This document shows, in pieces, positions 1 to 10,475 of a DNA stretch of 64,000 bases; position 1 is the first letter of the stretch; each line of letters begins with the position of its first letter. Origin of the DNA: Bacteroidia bacterium (GTDB taxonomy: Bacteria; Bacteroidota; Bacteroidia; M30B66). The notes below the pieces were generated by a model. The model saw only the letters and a program-made list of their open reading frames with translations. It searched no databases and was not told where the DNA came from. The stretch spans positions 64,001 to 128,000 of the forward strand of contig OZ257142.1 in the NCBI GenBank assembly GCA_965279035.1, given 5' to 3'. Position numbers and translations under genes: made by a program.

Positions 1-249
1 CCAAGTTTTATGTTGGTTCAAAATACGATGTTTGGCAGTCTTGGAAAGACGAATGCGCTTAATCAGAACTATGTATCTGTTATAGCACCTAGTAAAGGAT
101 ATTTTGAAAGCGGAATTTTGCTAAATAACCTTGTCACCTATAATACTGGCGGTTATGGTCTAGGAACTTTTTACCGATATGGTGTGTATGCAGATAAAGA
201 TTGGAAGAAAAATATTACCCTTAAAATCAGCTTATCGATTTTACTTTAA
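1..249 (+). CDS. C-terminal end of a probable outer-membrane beta-barrel protein (DUF5686-like), 5' truncated by window edge
   Basis: Open frame from the window start; amphipathic beta-strand pattern GYFESGILLNN...GLGTFYRYG...LKISLSILL. Confidence 0.5.
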   Translation, partial: PSFMLVQNTMFGSLGKTNALNQNYVSVIAPSKGYFESGILLNNLVTYNTGGYGLGTFYRYGVYADKDWKKNITLKISLSILL

Positions 250-250
250 T

Positions 251-718
251 TCAATCTTTCCTTAGTTGATCTTGCTCTGTACGAACCCGATTTAAGGCAT
301 CTTCCACATGGCGAGTTGCATCAAAAACACTCGCAATTACTTCTACAATAATTCCTTTTTTATCGATTACGAATGTAATTCTACCATGAACAAATCCCAA
401 TGTTTTTGAGATGCTGTAGAGTATTCGTAAGTCGCCTTCGTCACTTAATAGTGGAAACGGAAGTTCGTTTTTAGCAGCAAAGTGCGCATGCGAAATAACA
501 CCATCGGCACTCACACCAATCACTTCTGTATCGAGCGATTGGAAATGATCATAATGATCGCGAAAGCAACATGCTTCAAGTGTACAAACGGGGGAGAAGT
601 CCTTTGGATAAAAGAATAGGACTACATTTTTCTTTCCTTTGTAGTCGCTTAATCGAATAGCCCTTTCGTTTTGATCGGGCATTTCAAAATCGGGTGCAAT
701 CTCGCCAGCTTTAAGCAT
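251..718 (-). CDS. bcp: Peroxiredoxin, BCP/PrxQ family
   Basis: LFFYPKDFSPVCTLEAC (PxxxS/TxxC peroxidatic motif); likely start MLKAGEIAPDF at 718. Confidence 0.85.
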   Translation of the reverse strand: MLKAGEIAPDFEMPDQNERAIRLSDYKGKKNVVLFFYPKDFSPVCTLEACCFRDHYDHFQSLDTEVIGVSADGVISHAHFAAKNELPFPLLSDEGDLRILYSISKTLGFVHGRITFVIDKKGIIVEVIASVFDATRHVEDALNRVRTEQDQLRKD

Positions 719-803
719 TGAAAGTGTTTGCACAAATAAACTGTAAAAAAAATGAATGGTGAAGCAGGATACGATGAAGTTTTTCCACACGTTTGTTGAT
801 AGT

Positions 804-2153
804 ATGAAAAATCGCCTGGTTTTATTCCTGATTTTCTGTTTAAATCTTATTTATTCTATTTCATTAATTGCCCAAACTCCTGAAGCAGAGCCTCGTCAAC
901 TCGATTTCGGTACTGTGAATGAAGCCAGTTATTTGAAATCCTACCTTGTAATAAAAAACACTGGAAACAAAGCATTGGTCTTATTACGTGCTGATGCGCC
1001 TAAAGAATTTAGCATTTCGGCTGGAAGAAAAATAATTCCTGCAGGCGATACTGTTCATCTTTCGTTTACAATCAGCCCAACAAAAGCTGGACGTTTTGCT
1101 GCAAAAATAAATTTATACCATAATGGAAGTCCCGACCCTTATGTGATAAATGTAAAGGGCGATCTTAAAAAGCTACTGTCAAAAGACTTAGCAGCCTGTG
1201 TCAATTTTGATCCGAAAATGGGATATGCATCAACAGGAGCCACAATTCCTCTGATAGCAAAACACACAAGTCGGTTCCTCGATGCGCGTACAGGTAAAAT
1301 TATTCCTGAGGCAAGCATTTTATATGTTTCCCAATTGAGTCGCGAGAAATCAGAACGCCATACCACAACCGGTGAATTGATTAGTTCTGTGCCCATTGGT
1401 CCGTATGCATTAGTTGTTTCAGCACCGGGATATGAAACCTTGATGGCAGAAAAATACATTTCGATGAGTGGTGGAACGGAGACCTATCAACTTTCTCCGA
1501 TAAAAATTGTTGAACCCGTATTGAAAGATACATTGGTTGAAAAAACACCAATTCCTGAAATTGTTTCTACCGAAAACAAAGTGCTCGACGAACGAATTTA
1601 CAAGCCCAATAATGTTGTGTTTCTCATTGATGTTTCTGGATCGATGAAAGAACCAGATAAACTTCCCTTGTTGAAACGTTCTATTGCTACTTTATTAGAA
1701 CCCATTCGTCCGATTGATAAAATCACTATTGTTACTTATGGAACCGAAGCTCGTATTGCTGTTCCAACGGTAAATGGCACACAGAAAAAAAAGGTAATGG
1801 ATGTGGTTGACACCTTAAATGCAGGTGGTGTAACAGCAGGCAGCAAAGGTTTGCAAATGGCGTATGATTTAGCGAATGAACATTTTATTGAAGGAGGAAA
1901 TAATCAAATCATTTTAGCAACAGATGGTGCTTTTAGAGTAAGTGGAAAAGATCGCAAAATGATTAAATCATCCTCCGAAAATGGAACTAAAAAATTGATT
2001 CTTTCAGTGATTGCATTTGGAGATAAGGAAGATGCGATTGGGATGTTGGATAGTTTATCAAAACTCGGTGGAGGCAGTATGATTGAAGTAAAGAATTCAT
2101 CGCAAGCTGAGGGTGCATTGTTGGAAGAAATTAAACAACGTTCGAAAAAATAA
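804..2153 (+). CDS. Secreted protein with Ig-like (DUF1573-like) domain and C-terminal VWA domain
   Basis: Signal peptide MKNRLVLFLIF; MIDAS motif FLIDVSGSM; ILATDG; start placed at ATG 804. Confidence 0.75.
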   Translation: MKNRLVLFLIFCLNLIYSISLIAQTPEAEPRQLDFGTVNEASYLKSYLVIKNTGNKALVLLRADAPKEFSISAGRKIIPAGDTVHLSFTISPTKAGRFAAKINLYHNGSPDPYVINVKGDLKKLLSKDLAACVNFDPKMGYASTGATIPLIAKHTSRFLDARTGKIIPEASILYVSQLSREKSERHTTTGELISSVPIGPYALVVSAPGYETLMAEKYISMSGGTETYQLSPIKIVEPVLKDTLVEKTPIPEIVSTENKVLDERIYKPNNVVFLIDVSGSMKEPDKLPLLKRSIATLLEPIRPIDKITIVTYGTEARIAVPTVNGTQKKKVMDVVDTLNAGGVTAGSKGLQMAYDLANEHFIEGGNNQIILATDGAFRVSGKDRKMIKSSSENGTKKLILSVIAFGDKEDAIGMLDSLSKLGGGSMIEVKNSSQAEGALLEEIKQRSKK

Positions 2154-2189
2154 TTCATTCGATTTAGTATGAATTCCATGAATTAAACC

Positions 2190-2768
2190 ATGAAAAGTAG
2201 ATTCTTAATACTGTTCTGTTTCGTCATTTTTTATGCATGTAGCCAACGTAAACTAAGGGATGTGCGCAAGCTAAACTGGTACGAAATTGTTACTGAAGCA
2301 CAAGGGAAAACCATTCGGGTTATCATTCCTACGAATGAGTTTGAAAAATGGAAGTTGAGTTTTGCTGAGGTAGAAAAAGAATTGAAAGAACATGTAAATA
2401 TTCAGATCCAATTGGAGCCGATTTCGAATGAACTTTTGTTGGATTCATTAAGAAAAACGAATGCGTCTCTTATTCTCATTCGTGGAAAGCAGCTTGAACA
2501 AGCATTAAGAGAAAATTTTTTGATGGGCCCTTTCGATCGATTATTACCAATCGCTAAAAAGATAGATACGGATGCGGATGTGTTTAGAAAATCGGAAGGA
2601 GTTTCTTCGCAAGGATTTGCTGTTCCTATTGAAAACAATCTCTTAGTTTCATTGCCAAAAGCATTTTTTGCTATTCCTAATAATGCCACATCACAGGCAG
2701 CTGCTTTATTAATTCTGGAATCAATGCTTGAAAAAGAAATGGAATTGGATTCGATGTCGATTCAGTAA
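2190..2768 (+). CDS. Hypothetical lipoprotein, weak resemblance to the N-terminus of YnjB-type solute-binding proteins
   Basis: Lipobox-like FYAC; WYEIVTEAQGKTI segment. Confidence 0.45.
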   Translation: MKSRFLILFCFVIFYACSQRKLRDVRKLNWYEIVTEAQGKTIRVIIPTNEFEKWKLSFAEVEKELKEHVNIQIQLEPISNELLLDSLRKTNASLILIRGKQLEQALRENFLMGPFDRLLPIAKKIDTDADVFRKSEGVSSQGFAVPIENNLLVSLPKAFFAIPNNATSQAAALLILESMLEKEMELDSMSIQ

Positions 2769-2799
2769 AAATTTAACTACTTCAATTTATTTCATAAAA

Positions 2800-2828
2800 A
2801 AATCCTCCTCTTTTGAAGAGGAGGATTT
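2800..2828. terminator. Bidirectional intrinsic terminator between convergent genes
   Basis: aaatcctcctctt-ttg-aagaggaggattt inverted repeat flanked by A/T tracts. Confidence 0.8.
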
Positions 2829-2850
2829 AAATTATGATTGCTGATTCGAT

Positions 2851-3654
2851 TTATTTTTCGAGAGCTAATGGATTTGCCAGATTTGAATATCCTTTTAAAT
2901 CCATTTTGATAGAACCCACGAGAACCTCTGCTTGTAAACGAACTGGAATTCGATTTAAATCATCGCTTACCCAAAGTGTTAGATCGTCTTCTTCTTTAAA
3001 CACACGTCCTTGTTGAATAAGTGGATGGATTTTGATGCAACGAATTTTTCCAGCTCGGGTATGTATAGTTTCTCGTCCGATGAGTTTGATTTTCATAGGG
3101 AAAACTTCTTCATCGAAAAATGTTTGGATTGTAATGATATCGCCCATTTTAACTCCATCTAGATTCATATTTCGGGCGTAATAAAATGCTGATAAAATAT
3201 CGTGTGTTGATGAAGGCACGGTAAATACTTTTCCGGGTGTGCTTCTTCCAGCATCAGAACCTTCGCGTTTAACGTTTACTGTCTTAAGAGTTTGATTGAA
3301 TTTATAATCTTGATTGATAATAAAACCGCCTTCATCAACGCGTCGAAGAAATAATTGAGGAAGCAATGTTTCTTCATCTATAAAAGAATCATATCGATCG
3401 CGAACTCGATAAAACCATTCAAAGGCACTTCTCGAATTTCCTGTTCCTACAAGATGAAATGTATTGGTTTTATTAAATTTTAAACTGTCTTGCGTGATGG
3501 TTACTGTTGCATCGCCGGCATCAACAAGCCCGTAATGAACTCGGTATGACAGCACTTCACCGCGTTTAAAAGCCCTGTTTGCTGGAGCTTTGATTGCTTG
3601 GGCAGAAACAGGGCCGATGAAAAAAATGCTTAGAAAAAACAGACTGCTTTTCAT
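2851..3654 (-). CDS. DUF3108 family secreted protein
   Basis: Signal peptide; AFKRGEVLSYRVHYG and LWVSDDLNRIPVRL motifs typical of Bacteroidota DUF3108. Confidence 0.75.
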   Translation of the reverse strand: MKSSLFFLSIFFIGPVSAQAIKAPANRAFKRGEVLSYRVHYGLVDAGDATVTITQDSLKFNKTNTFHLVGTGNSRSAFEWFYRVRDRYDSFIDEETLLPQLFLRRVDEGGFIINQDYKFNQTLKTVNVKREGSDAGRSTPGKVFTVPSSTHDILSAFYYARNMNLDGVKMGDIITIQTFFDEEVFPMKIKLIGRETIHTRAGKIRCIKIHPLIQQGRVFKEEDDLTLWVSDDLNRIPVRLQAEVLVGSIKMDLKGYSNLANPLALEK

Positions 3655-3699
3655 AGGATGAATTTCTTGTCTGCCTTTCAAACGCTATGCCACCCGATT

Positions 3700-4422
3700 T
3701 TATTGGGTTTTAAGCAAGTGTGAAGAAAATTCTTTTTCAAAAGCAGACAGAAATACCGCTTTCACTTTATCCAATTGAATTGAATTATCGGGTGATTCTT
3801 TTTCCAAACTTGTAACAGCTTTATCATCAATGCCACAGGGAATAATGTGATTGAAAAAAGAGAGATCATTGTTCACATTGAGTGCAATTCCATGCATCGT
3901 AATCCAGCGACTACATTTCACACCCATCGCGCAGATTTTACGAGCATTTATTTTATCTGCATCAATCCAAACACCTGTAAATCCAGGATAGCGACCTGCT
4001 TCAACTCCAAAAACGGATAACGTTTGTATGACGGTTTCTTCTAATTTTCTCAAATAGAGATGAATATCAGTGAAGAAATTTTCGAGATCGAGCAATGGAT
4101 AAACAACCAATTGTCCTGGTCCATGATGCGTAATATCACCACCACGGTTTATCTTATAAAAGGACGCATTAATTTTTTTTAGTTCTTCTTCTGAAAGCAA
4201 TAGATTTTCTTCTTTGCCGCTTTTACCTAAGGTATAAACGGGCGGATGCTCACAAAGAATAATATAATTAGGGACTGAGATGGGAAGTATCGAATCACGA
4301 TTTTCTTTTTTCAGTGCCTGTAATTCAGCAAACATTTTTTCCTGAAAATCCCAAGCTTCTTGATATCCAATGAGACCAAGGTCGATGACAGAAACGGCGC
4401 GATTAGGCTGTGAATAGGTCAT
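3700..4422 (-). CDS. lipB: Lipoyl(octanoyl) transferase
   Basis: CEHPPVYTLG, RGGDITHHGPGQLVVYP, KICAMG, HGIALN, IIPCGI. Confidence 0.95.
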   Translation of the reverse strand: MTYSQPNRAVSVIDLGLIGYQEAWDFQEKMFAELQALKKENRDSILPISVPNYIILCEHPPVYTLGKSGKEENLLLSEEELKKINASFYKINRGGDITHHGPGQLVVYPLLDLENFFTDIHLYLRKLEETVIQTLSVFGVEAGRYPGFTGVWIDADKINARKICAMGVKCSRWITMHGIALNVNNDLSFFNHIIPCGIDDKAVTSLEKESPDNSIQLDKVKAVFLSAFEKEFSSHLLKTQ

Positions 4423-5402
4423 TGAAGATTCGACAATTCACTTTTTAATCGATTGATGACGTTAATTTCAATTGCATCTACATTGCGTTCAACGGAGGCA
4501 AACCAGCTAATCCAATCTCCAAGATTTATCCACCAAATCATACGTTGCAAAGGACTTTCGCCTTTTGATCGCAACTCGATTGTTTTACCTGCAAGGTTGT
4601 ATATGATGCTTTTGCATATATCGATACGTTTAGCTGTGCGATAGTATTCATCGTCGTTGCGCAAGAATATGGCAGCAATTTTTGGAGCCTTATCTACCCA
4701 GCCAACCAATTCGTTATGATTCATTTCGGGAACTACCTGATGCCAGCAAAGCATTTTTGCGTTTTCGTTCAGTTGTTGGCGAAAACGTATAGCAACACCT
4801 TCGTATCCAACACTTGTATATATGACTGGAAGGCTGTATGAAATAGCTCGTGCAATGGATTCGGCTTCATGCTGAATGGCTTGTTCATTCTTTTCGATGA
4901 GGTCGATTCCGAGTGAAATTTCAGCTAAGAGACCGGAAGCAATTTCGTAATGTTCTAAAATACCACAAAGTTGAGTGAGAGACAAACCCAAACAAGCACG
5001 AGGTGGATTTCCACCTGGAATTACAATCGCATCTAGTTGATGATTTTTAGCTTGCTGTAAAACTTCGCCTCCCGATGTAACACATACAATCATAGCTTTC
5101 TGTGCGATTGCGGCTTGCATAGCTTGTAATGTTTCTTCGGTATTTCCTGAATAGGAAGAAATAATAACAAGTGTTTCTGGACCAACCCAAGCAGGAATTG
5201 AATAATCTTTTGATACCTGAACTGGAATGGAAGATTGAGGAGCGCATAATTCAGCAACAATACTTCCGCCGATTCCGGAACCACCTAAACCACTTATTAA
5301 AACAGAACTTGCTTTTCGTGGAAGTGGTTTTAATTGTTGTGTTCTAAAGATGTTTAATGCGTCACGAACTTGTTGAGGAAATCCGGCAATGAGGTCTTTC
5401 AT
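4419..5402 (-). CDS. Bifunctional phosphoglucose/phosphomannose isomerase (SIS domain)
   Basis: GLGGSGIGG, SSYSGNTEET, QLNENAK, PEMNHNE motifs. Confidence 0.9.
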   Translation of the reverse strand: MKDLIAGFPQQVRDALNIFRTQQLKPLPRKASSVLISGLGGSGIGGSIVAELCAPQSSIPVQVSKDYSIPAWVGPETLVIISSYSGNTEETLQAMQAAIAQKAMIVCVTSGGEVLQQAKNHQLDAIVIPGGNPPRACLGLSLTQLCGILEHYEIASGLLAEISLGIDLIEKNEQAIQHEAESIARAISYSLPVIYTSVGYEGVAIRFRQQLNENAKMLCWHQVVPEMNHNELVGWVDKAPKIAAIFLRNDDEYYRTAKRIDICKSIIYNLAGKTIELRSKGESPLQRMIWWINLGDWISWFASVERNVDAIEINVINRLKSELSNLQ

Positions 5403-5645
5403 TCTTAAAAATTATCGGGAGGCTAAAATACGTGGTATTTGAGAATTGCTATCTGAAAATGCTTACAGAATTCTCAGATACCGATTTGTTTCAATTTAAA
5501 ACCAGAAAAAAGACTCTAAGCTAGAACCGATTAGATGAAATTAATGTGCTGATACTCTTTCTGTTGAGATTAAATTAATCTATGTGTTGTAACCAAATAA
5601 CGTGTTTAAGACACTTATATGCAAACGCTCTAAAAACCATAAATT

Positions 5646-5978
5646 ATGAAAACGATTCTTTCTCTCCTTGTAATAAGCTTTTTCAGTTTGTCAAACGTTC
5701 AAGCTGGTTCAAACGACGATAAAAAAACCAATCGTCTAAAAAAAGAAGTTCGAAAAGAATTGAGTCAATTGTTTAATCAACACAGTCAAGATCGACCAAC
5801 ACATAAAGGATCTGTCATCGCACTAGTGAAAGTAGATTCTGAAGGCAAAGGTTCGGTTTTAGAAATGGATTCCGAAGACAATCAACTTCAATCATATGTA
5901 AAGAAGCAAGTTGAAAGTCGAAATTTCCAAAACTTAAAAAATGAAACCATTCGATTAGTGGTTGATTTCAGAAATTAA
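5646..5978 (+). CDS. Small secreted hypothetical protein
   Basis: Signal peptide MKTILSLLVISFFSLSNVQA; followed by a terminator. Confidence 0.7.
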   Translation: MKTILSLLVISFFSLSNVQAGSNDDKKTNRLKKEVRKELSQLFNQHSQDRPTHKGSVIALVKVDSEGKGSVLEMDSEDNQLQSYVKKQVESRNFQNLKNETIRLVVDFRN

Positions 5979-6006
5979 ATACTCTCGTTCTTTATAAATC
6001 CACGTC

Positions 6007-6039
6007 AAAGCCATCCTCCAAAAGAGGGTGGCTTTTTTT
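6007..6039 (+). terminator. Intrinsic terminator
   Basis: aaagccatcctc-caaaa-gagggtggcttt followed by a T tract. Confidence 0.8.
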
Positions 6040-6139
6040 GTTTTGATTAATAGAGTAATGTGAAATTGAATTCCAGCAGCCTGATTTACAGGCACATTTA
6101 AATTGATAGGAATATATTTTTCTGTGTAGGTTCTTTTCC

Positions 6140-6147
6140 TACTTTTG
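6140..6147 (+). promoter_or_regulatory. Bacteroidota -7 promoter element (TAnnTTTG) for the atp operon
   Basis: TACTTTTG 26 nt upstream of the atpB ATG. Confidence 0.6.
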
Positions 6148-6173
6148 CACCGCGATTAAAGACCTCTTCTTTC

Positions 6174-7406
6174 ATGGCTAGAAGCTACAGTAATTCTTTC
6201 CTCTTTTCCCTGCTTTGTTCATCATTGACTTTGGTGTTTTCTCTGTCATTTCAGCCATTGGCTGCTAATTCAGAAGAACATGAAACTTCAGCCCAAGTTG
6301 CCGATTCAGGCATGATTCACCAGCATTCAATTGCTGTTGGAGAAAGTAGTATGGCAGAAGCTGAGCATCATGTAGAAACTGAGCATGCTCAAACACACGC
6401 CTTTGACCCTGGTCATATGATAACTGAGCATATCAGTGATGCGCATGATTGGCATTTATGGGGACATACTCATGTTCCACTTCCAGTAATTCTATACACA
6501 GATAAAGGACTAGAGGTTTTTTCTTCTGCTAATTTCCGTAGTCATGGTGAACATGGTTTGAATGACTATACAGGAAAACACTACACATATCGTTTAGTTG
6601 ACGAAGAAGTACAAGTTTTGAATGCTGATGGGGTTATTGATGAAGCTGCGACAGCAGGTATTTTAGATATATCCATTACGAAGAATGTACTTACCATGTT
6701 CATCGTTTTCGGATTGATGTTGTTCTTGTTTATTTCTGTAGCAGGTGCATATAAAAAACGTCAAGGTCAAGCACCAAAAGGTTTACAAAGTTTTATTGAG
6801 CCTATCATCATGTTTGTTCGTGATGATTTAGCTAAACCGAGTATTGGGAAGAAGTACGAGAAGTTTATGCCGTATTTGCTTACAGTATTCTTCTTCATTT
6901 GGATTGCTAATCTATTAGGTTTGATTCCTGTTTTACCAGGTGGTGCAAACATGACGGGTAACATTGCCATTACATTAACATTGGCAGTATTTAGTTTCAT
7001 CATTACTACCATTAATGGAAACAAACATTACTGGGGACACATCTTTGCGATGCCAGGTGTTCCTGTTTGGGTATTGTTTCTTTTAACACCAATTGAAATT
7101 TTAGGTGTATTCCTTCGTCCTTTTGTATTGATGATCCGACTTTTCGCGAACATCACTGCAGGACATATTATCGCATTGGCATTCTTCAGTTTGATTTTCA
7201 TCTTCGGTAAAGGAGGAGAATCGGTTGGAGCAGGTGTTGGTGTTGGTGTAGCAAGCTGGCTATTCACCGTATTTATGATGTTCCTTGAGTTGTTAGTTGC
7301 TTTCCTTCAGGCTTATGTATTTACGCTGCTTTCGGCTATCTACTTTGGTTCTGCTGTGGAAGAAACTCATCATCACGATGAACACGAATTGGAACACGCT
7401 CATTAA
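6174..7406 (+). CDS. atpB: ATP synthase F0 subunit a, with long His-rich N-terminal extension
   Basis: LRPFVLMIRLFANITAGH, LQAYVFTLLSAIY. Confidence 0.95.
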   Translation: MARSYSNSFLFSLLCSSLTLVFSLSFQPLAANSEEHETSAQVADSGMIHQHSIAVGESSMAEAEHHVETEHAQTHAFDPGHMITEHISDAHDWHLWGHTHVPLPVILYTDKGLEVFSSANFRSHGEHGLNDYTGKHYTYRLVDEEVQVLNADGVIDEAATAGILDISITKNVLTMFIVFGLMLFLFISVAGAYKKRQGQAPKGLQSFIEPIIMFVRDDLAKPSIGKKYEKFMPYLLTVFFFIWIANLLGLIPVLPGGANMTGNIAITLTLAVFSFIITTINGNKHYWGHIFAMPGVPVWVLFLLTPIEILGVFLRPFVLMIRLFANITAGHIIALAFFSLIFIFGKGGESVGAGVGVGVASWLFTVFMMFLELLVAFLQAYVFTLLSAIYFGSAVEETHHHDEHELEHAH

Positions 7407-7441
7407 TTCTTGAATTTTTCTAATCCTTATATCTCAATTTT

Positions 7442-7693
7442 ATGAACGCAATTCTTTTGGAAGCTGGAAACCTAGGACTTGGTTACGGTGTTGCGGCTCT
7501 TGGTGCTGGTGTTGCAGCTCTTGGTGCTGGTGTTGGTATTGGCCGCATTGGTGGTAGCGCATTGGAATCAATCGCTCGTCAGCCAGAGGCTGCAGGTGAT
7601 ATCCGTGCTAACATGATTCTTACAGCTGCTCTTGTTGAAGGTGCTGCCTTCTTCGCGATGGTTGTTGGTCTACTTGTGACTTTCAAAGCATAA
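7442..7693 (+). CDS. atpE: ATP synthase F0 subunit c
   Basis: GAGVGIG, ARQPEA, conserved Glu in ALVEG. Confidence 0.95.
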   Translation: MNAILLEAGNLGLGYGVAALGAGVAALGAGVGIGRIGGSALESIARQPEAAGDIRANMILTAALVEGAAFFAMVVGLLVTFKA

Positions 7694-7709
7694 GTAGTTT
7701 CAGAAAATT

Positions 7710-7746
7710 AACCTGTCGGAAGCGGTTGGCTATCTGACAGGTTTTT
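7710..7746 (+). terminator. Hairpin plus U tract between atpE and atpF (attenuator or mRNA stabiliser)
   Basis: aacctgtcgga...tctgacaggtt followed by ttt. Confidence 0.55.
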
Positions 7747-7773
7747 CAAAACGAAATTCAAAACACACGATAT

Positions 7774-8268
7774 ATGAAATTAGTCACCCCCGATTTTGGT
7801 TTGGTCATTTGGATGACCTTGACCTTTTTGACGGTGCTTTTTCTCTTGAGTAAATTCGCTTGGAAGCCGATTCTTAAAATGATCAGCGAACGCGAAAAAA
7901 CCATCGAAGATGCTTTACTCAGCGCTGAAAAGGCAAAACAAGAAATGGCTCGCTTAACTGCTAACAACGAAGCATTATTACGTGAAGCTCGTTCGGAGCG
8001 TGATGCGATGTTGAAAGAAGCGCGCGATACAAAAGATCAAATAATTAATGAAGCACGTTCAAGAGCAACAGTTGAAGCTGAACGCTTAATTGCAATTGCT
8101 CGTGAATCAATCAATAATGAGAAAATGGCTGCTGTTACCGAATTGAAAAATCAGGTTGCACAACTTTCTCTTCAAGTGGCTGAAAAGCTGGTAAAACAGC
8201 AATTATCAACTGATGAGAAACAGAAAGAGCTTGCCAATACCTTGATCTCAGAACTGAAATTGAACTGA
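7774..8268 (+). CDS. atpF: ATP synthase F0 subunit b
   Basis: N-terminal TM helix, KFAWKPIL, coiled coil; operon position. Confidence 0.95.
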   Translation: MKLVTPDFGLVIWMTLTFLTVLFLLSKFAWKPILKMISEREKTIEDALLSAEKAKQEMARLTANNEALLREARSERDAMLKEARDTKDQIINEARSRATVEAERLIAIARESINNEKMAAVTELKNQVAQLSLQVAEKLVKQQLSTDEKQKELANTLISELKLN

Positions 8269-8275
8269 TCGAACC

Positions 8276-8836
8276 ATGCAGGACTCGAAAGCAGGCATAC
8301 GATACGCGAAGTCTCTCTTCCATTTAGCGCAAGAACGCAATGAAATTGAGGCTGTAAGTGCTGATATGGCACTAATCGACAAGACCATTCACGAAAACCC
8401 GGAACTTCGTTCGATGCTAAAAAGCCCGATTATCAAGTCGGACAAAAAAGCTTCGATCATGCGTGCAATATTCACTGCACATATTGGAACGACTACCGCT
8501 GCATTTCTTGAACTTATCATCAAGAAGCGTCGTGAAATGTTTATGGATTCGATTGCCCGTCAGTTTGTAATCCTTCATTTGGAAAACAACGGAATTGAAG
8601 AAGCTGTTTTAACCACTGCATTTAAAGTGGATGATAGTTTCCGTCAACGTATATTGGATTTGGTGATTAAGCATTCTAAGAACGACAAAGTTGTTTTGGA
8701 AGAGCGCATCGATCCAAGCATCATCGGAGGATTTGTTCTCCGTTTTGGTGACAACCAAATAGACACTAGCGTGGAGCGTGACATTGAGTTGTTGCGCCGC
8801 GAATTTGAAAAGAACCTTTACGTAAAAGAGTATTGA
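8276..8836 (+). CDS. atpH: ATP synthase F1 subunit delta
   Basis: [17 protein letters not shown]; operon position. Confidence 0.95.
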   Translation: MQDSKAGIRYAKSLFHLAQERNEIEAVSADMALIDKTIHENPELRSMLKSPIIKSDKKASIMRAIFTAHIGTTTAAFLELIIKKRREMFMDSIARQFVILHLENNGIEEAVLTTAFKVDDSFRQRILDLVIKHSKNDKVVLEERIDPSIIGGFVLRFGDNQIDTSVERDIELLRREFEKNLYVKEY

Positions 8837-8873
8837 AAACCGTGGCGAAAGTCACACCCTCATAACACGAACA

Positions 8874-10457
8874 ATGGCTGAAATCAAACCCGCAGAAGTA
8901 TCTGCCATCCTGAAACAACAGCTGTCTGGTTTTACCACCGACGTGCAACTCGAAGAAGTGGGAACTGTTCTCCAAGTAGGAGACGGTATTGCCCGCATCT
9001 ACGGTCTTAACAATGTTCAAGCAGGAGAGCTTGTTGAATTCCCTAGCGGACTTCAAGGCATCGTATTGAACTTAGAAGAAGATAACGTAGGAGCTGTATT
9101 GCTGGGTAGTTCCAACAACATTAAAGAAGGAGACGTTGTAAAACGTACTCGCCGTATTGCTTCCATCAATGTTGGTGAAGGCATGCTTGGTCGCGTAGTA
9201 AATACACTAGGTGAACCAATCGACGGGAAAGGACCAATCAAAGGCGAACTTCTTGAAATGCCTCTAGAGCGCAAAGCTCCTGGGGTAATTTATCGTCAGC
9301 CGGTTACTGAACCACTTCAAACAGGTATCAAAGCGATTGATGCGATGATTCCAATTGGACGTGGTCAGCGTGAGTTGGTTATCGGTGACCGTCAGACTGG
9401 TAAAACAGCTGTGTGTATCGATACCATCATCAACCAAAAAGAATTCTACGAAGCAGGTGAGCCAGTATTCTGTATTTATGTTGCGATTGGACAAAAAGGT
9501 TCGACCGTTGCGAACATTGTGAAAACATTGGAAGAAAACGGCGCGATGGCATACACCGTGATCGTTTCTGCAACAGCTTCTGATCCTGCTCCAATGCAAT
9601 TCTACGCTCCATTTGCAGGTGTTGCAATTGGTGAGTACTTCCGCGATACAGGTCGTCCGGCATTGATCATTTACGATGATCTTTCTAAACAAGCTGTAGC
9701 TTACCGTGAGGTTTCTCTTCTACTTCGTCGTCCACCAGGACGTGAGGCATATCCAGGAGACGTATTCTACCTTCACAGTCGCTTACTTGAGCGTGCTGCA
9801 AAAATCAATGCTTCCGATTCTATCGCGCAGCAAATGAATGACCTTCCTCCTTCTCTTCAAGGAAAAGTAAAAGGTGGTGGTTCATTAACAGCACTTCCAA
9901 TTATCGAAACCCAAGCGGGTGACGTTTCTGCATACATCCCAACGAACGTAATTTCTATTACCGACGGACAGATTTTCTTGGAGTCGAACTTGTTTAATGC
10001 AGGTGTTCGTCCGGCAATTAACGTAGGTATTTCGGTATCACGTGTTGGAGGTAATGCGCAGATTAAGTCGATGAAGAAAGTGGCTGGTACCTTGAAACTT
10101 GACCAAGCGCAGTTCCGCGAATTGGAAGCGTTTGCTAAGTTCGGTTCTGACCTCGATGCAGCTACTAAATCTGTATTGGATAAAGGTTCCCGTAACGTGG
10201 AAATCTTGAAACAACCTCAGTACACTCCATTTAAAGTAGAAGAGCAAGTTGCGATCATTTTCGCTGGAGTAAAAGGACTTCTTCGTCCAGTTCCAGTGAA
10301 TAAAGTTCGTGAGTTTGAAACTGACTACTTAGCTATATTGAACACGCAGCATAAAGATGTATTAAATGCATTGAAAGCTGGGAAATTCGATGATAGCTTA
10401 ACAGATGTATTGACTAAAGTAGCCAACGATTTGGCAGCTCGTTATACCAAGAATTAA
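8874..10457 (+). CDS. atpA: ATP synthase F1 subunit alpha
   Basis: GDRQTGKT Walker [23 protein letters not shown]. Confidence 0.99.
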   Translation: MAEIKPAEVSAILKQQLSGFTTDVQLEEVGTVLQVGDGIARIYGLNNVQAGELVEFPSGLQGIVLNLEEDNVGAVLLGSSNNIKEGDVVKRTRRIASINVGEGMLGRVVNTLGEPIDGKGPIKGELLEMPLERKAPGVIYRQPVTEPLQTGIKAIDAMIPIGRGQRELVIGDRQTGKTAVCIDTIINQKEFYEAGEPVFCIYVAIGQKGSTVANIVKTLEENGAMAYTVIVSATASDPAPMQFYAPFAGVAIGEYFRDTGRPALIIYDDLSKQAVAYREVSLLLRRPPGREAYPGDVFYLHSRLLERAAKINASDSIAQQMNDLPPSLQGKVKGGGSLTALPIIETQAGDVSAYIPTNVISITDGQIFLESNLFNAGVRPAINVGISVSRVGGNAQIKSMKKVAGTLKLDQAQFRELEAFAKFGSDLDAATKSVLDKGSRNVEILKQPQYTPFKVEEQVAIIFAGVKGLLRPVPVNKVREFETDYLAILNTQHKDVLNALKAGKFDDSLTDVLTKVANDLAARYTKN

Positions 10458-10475
10458 TCATTCAAAACCGGTCCG

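Noticed and set aside
7487-7534. 21-nt tandem repeat in atpE (GVAALGA x2)
   Set aside because: Explained by the Gly/Ala-rich packing helix of subunit c
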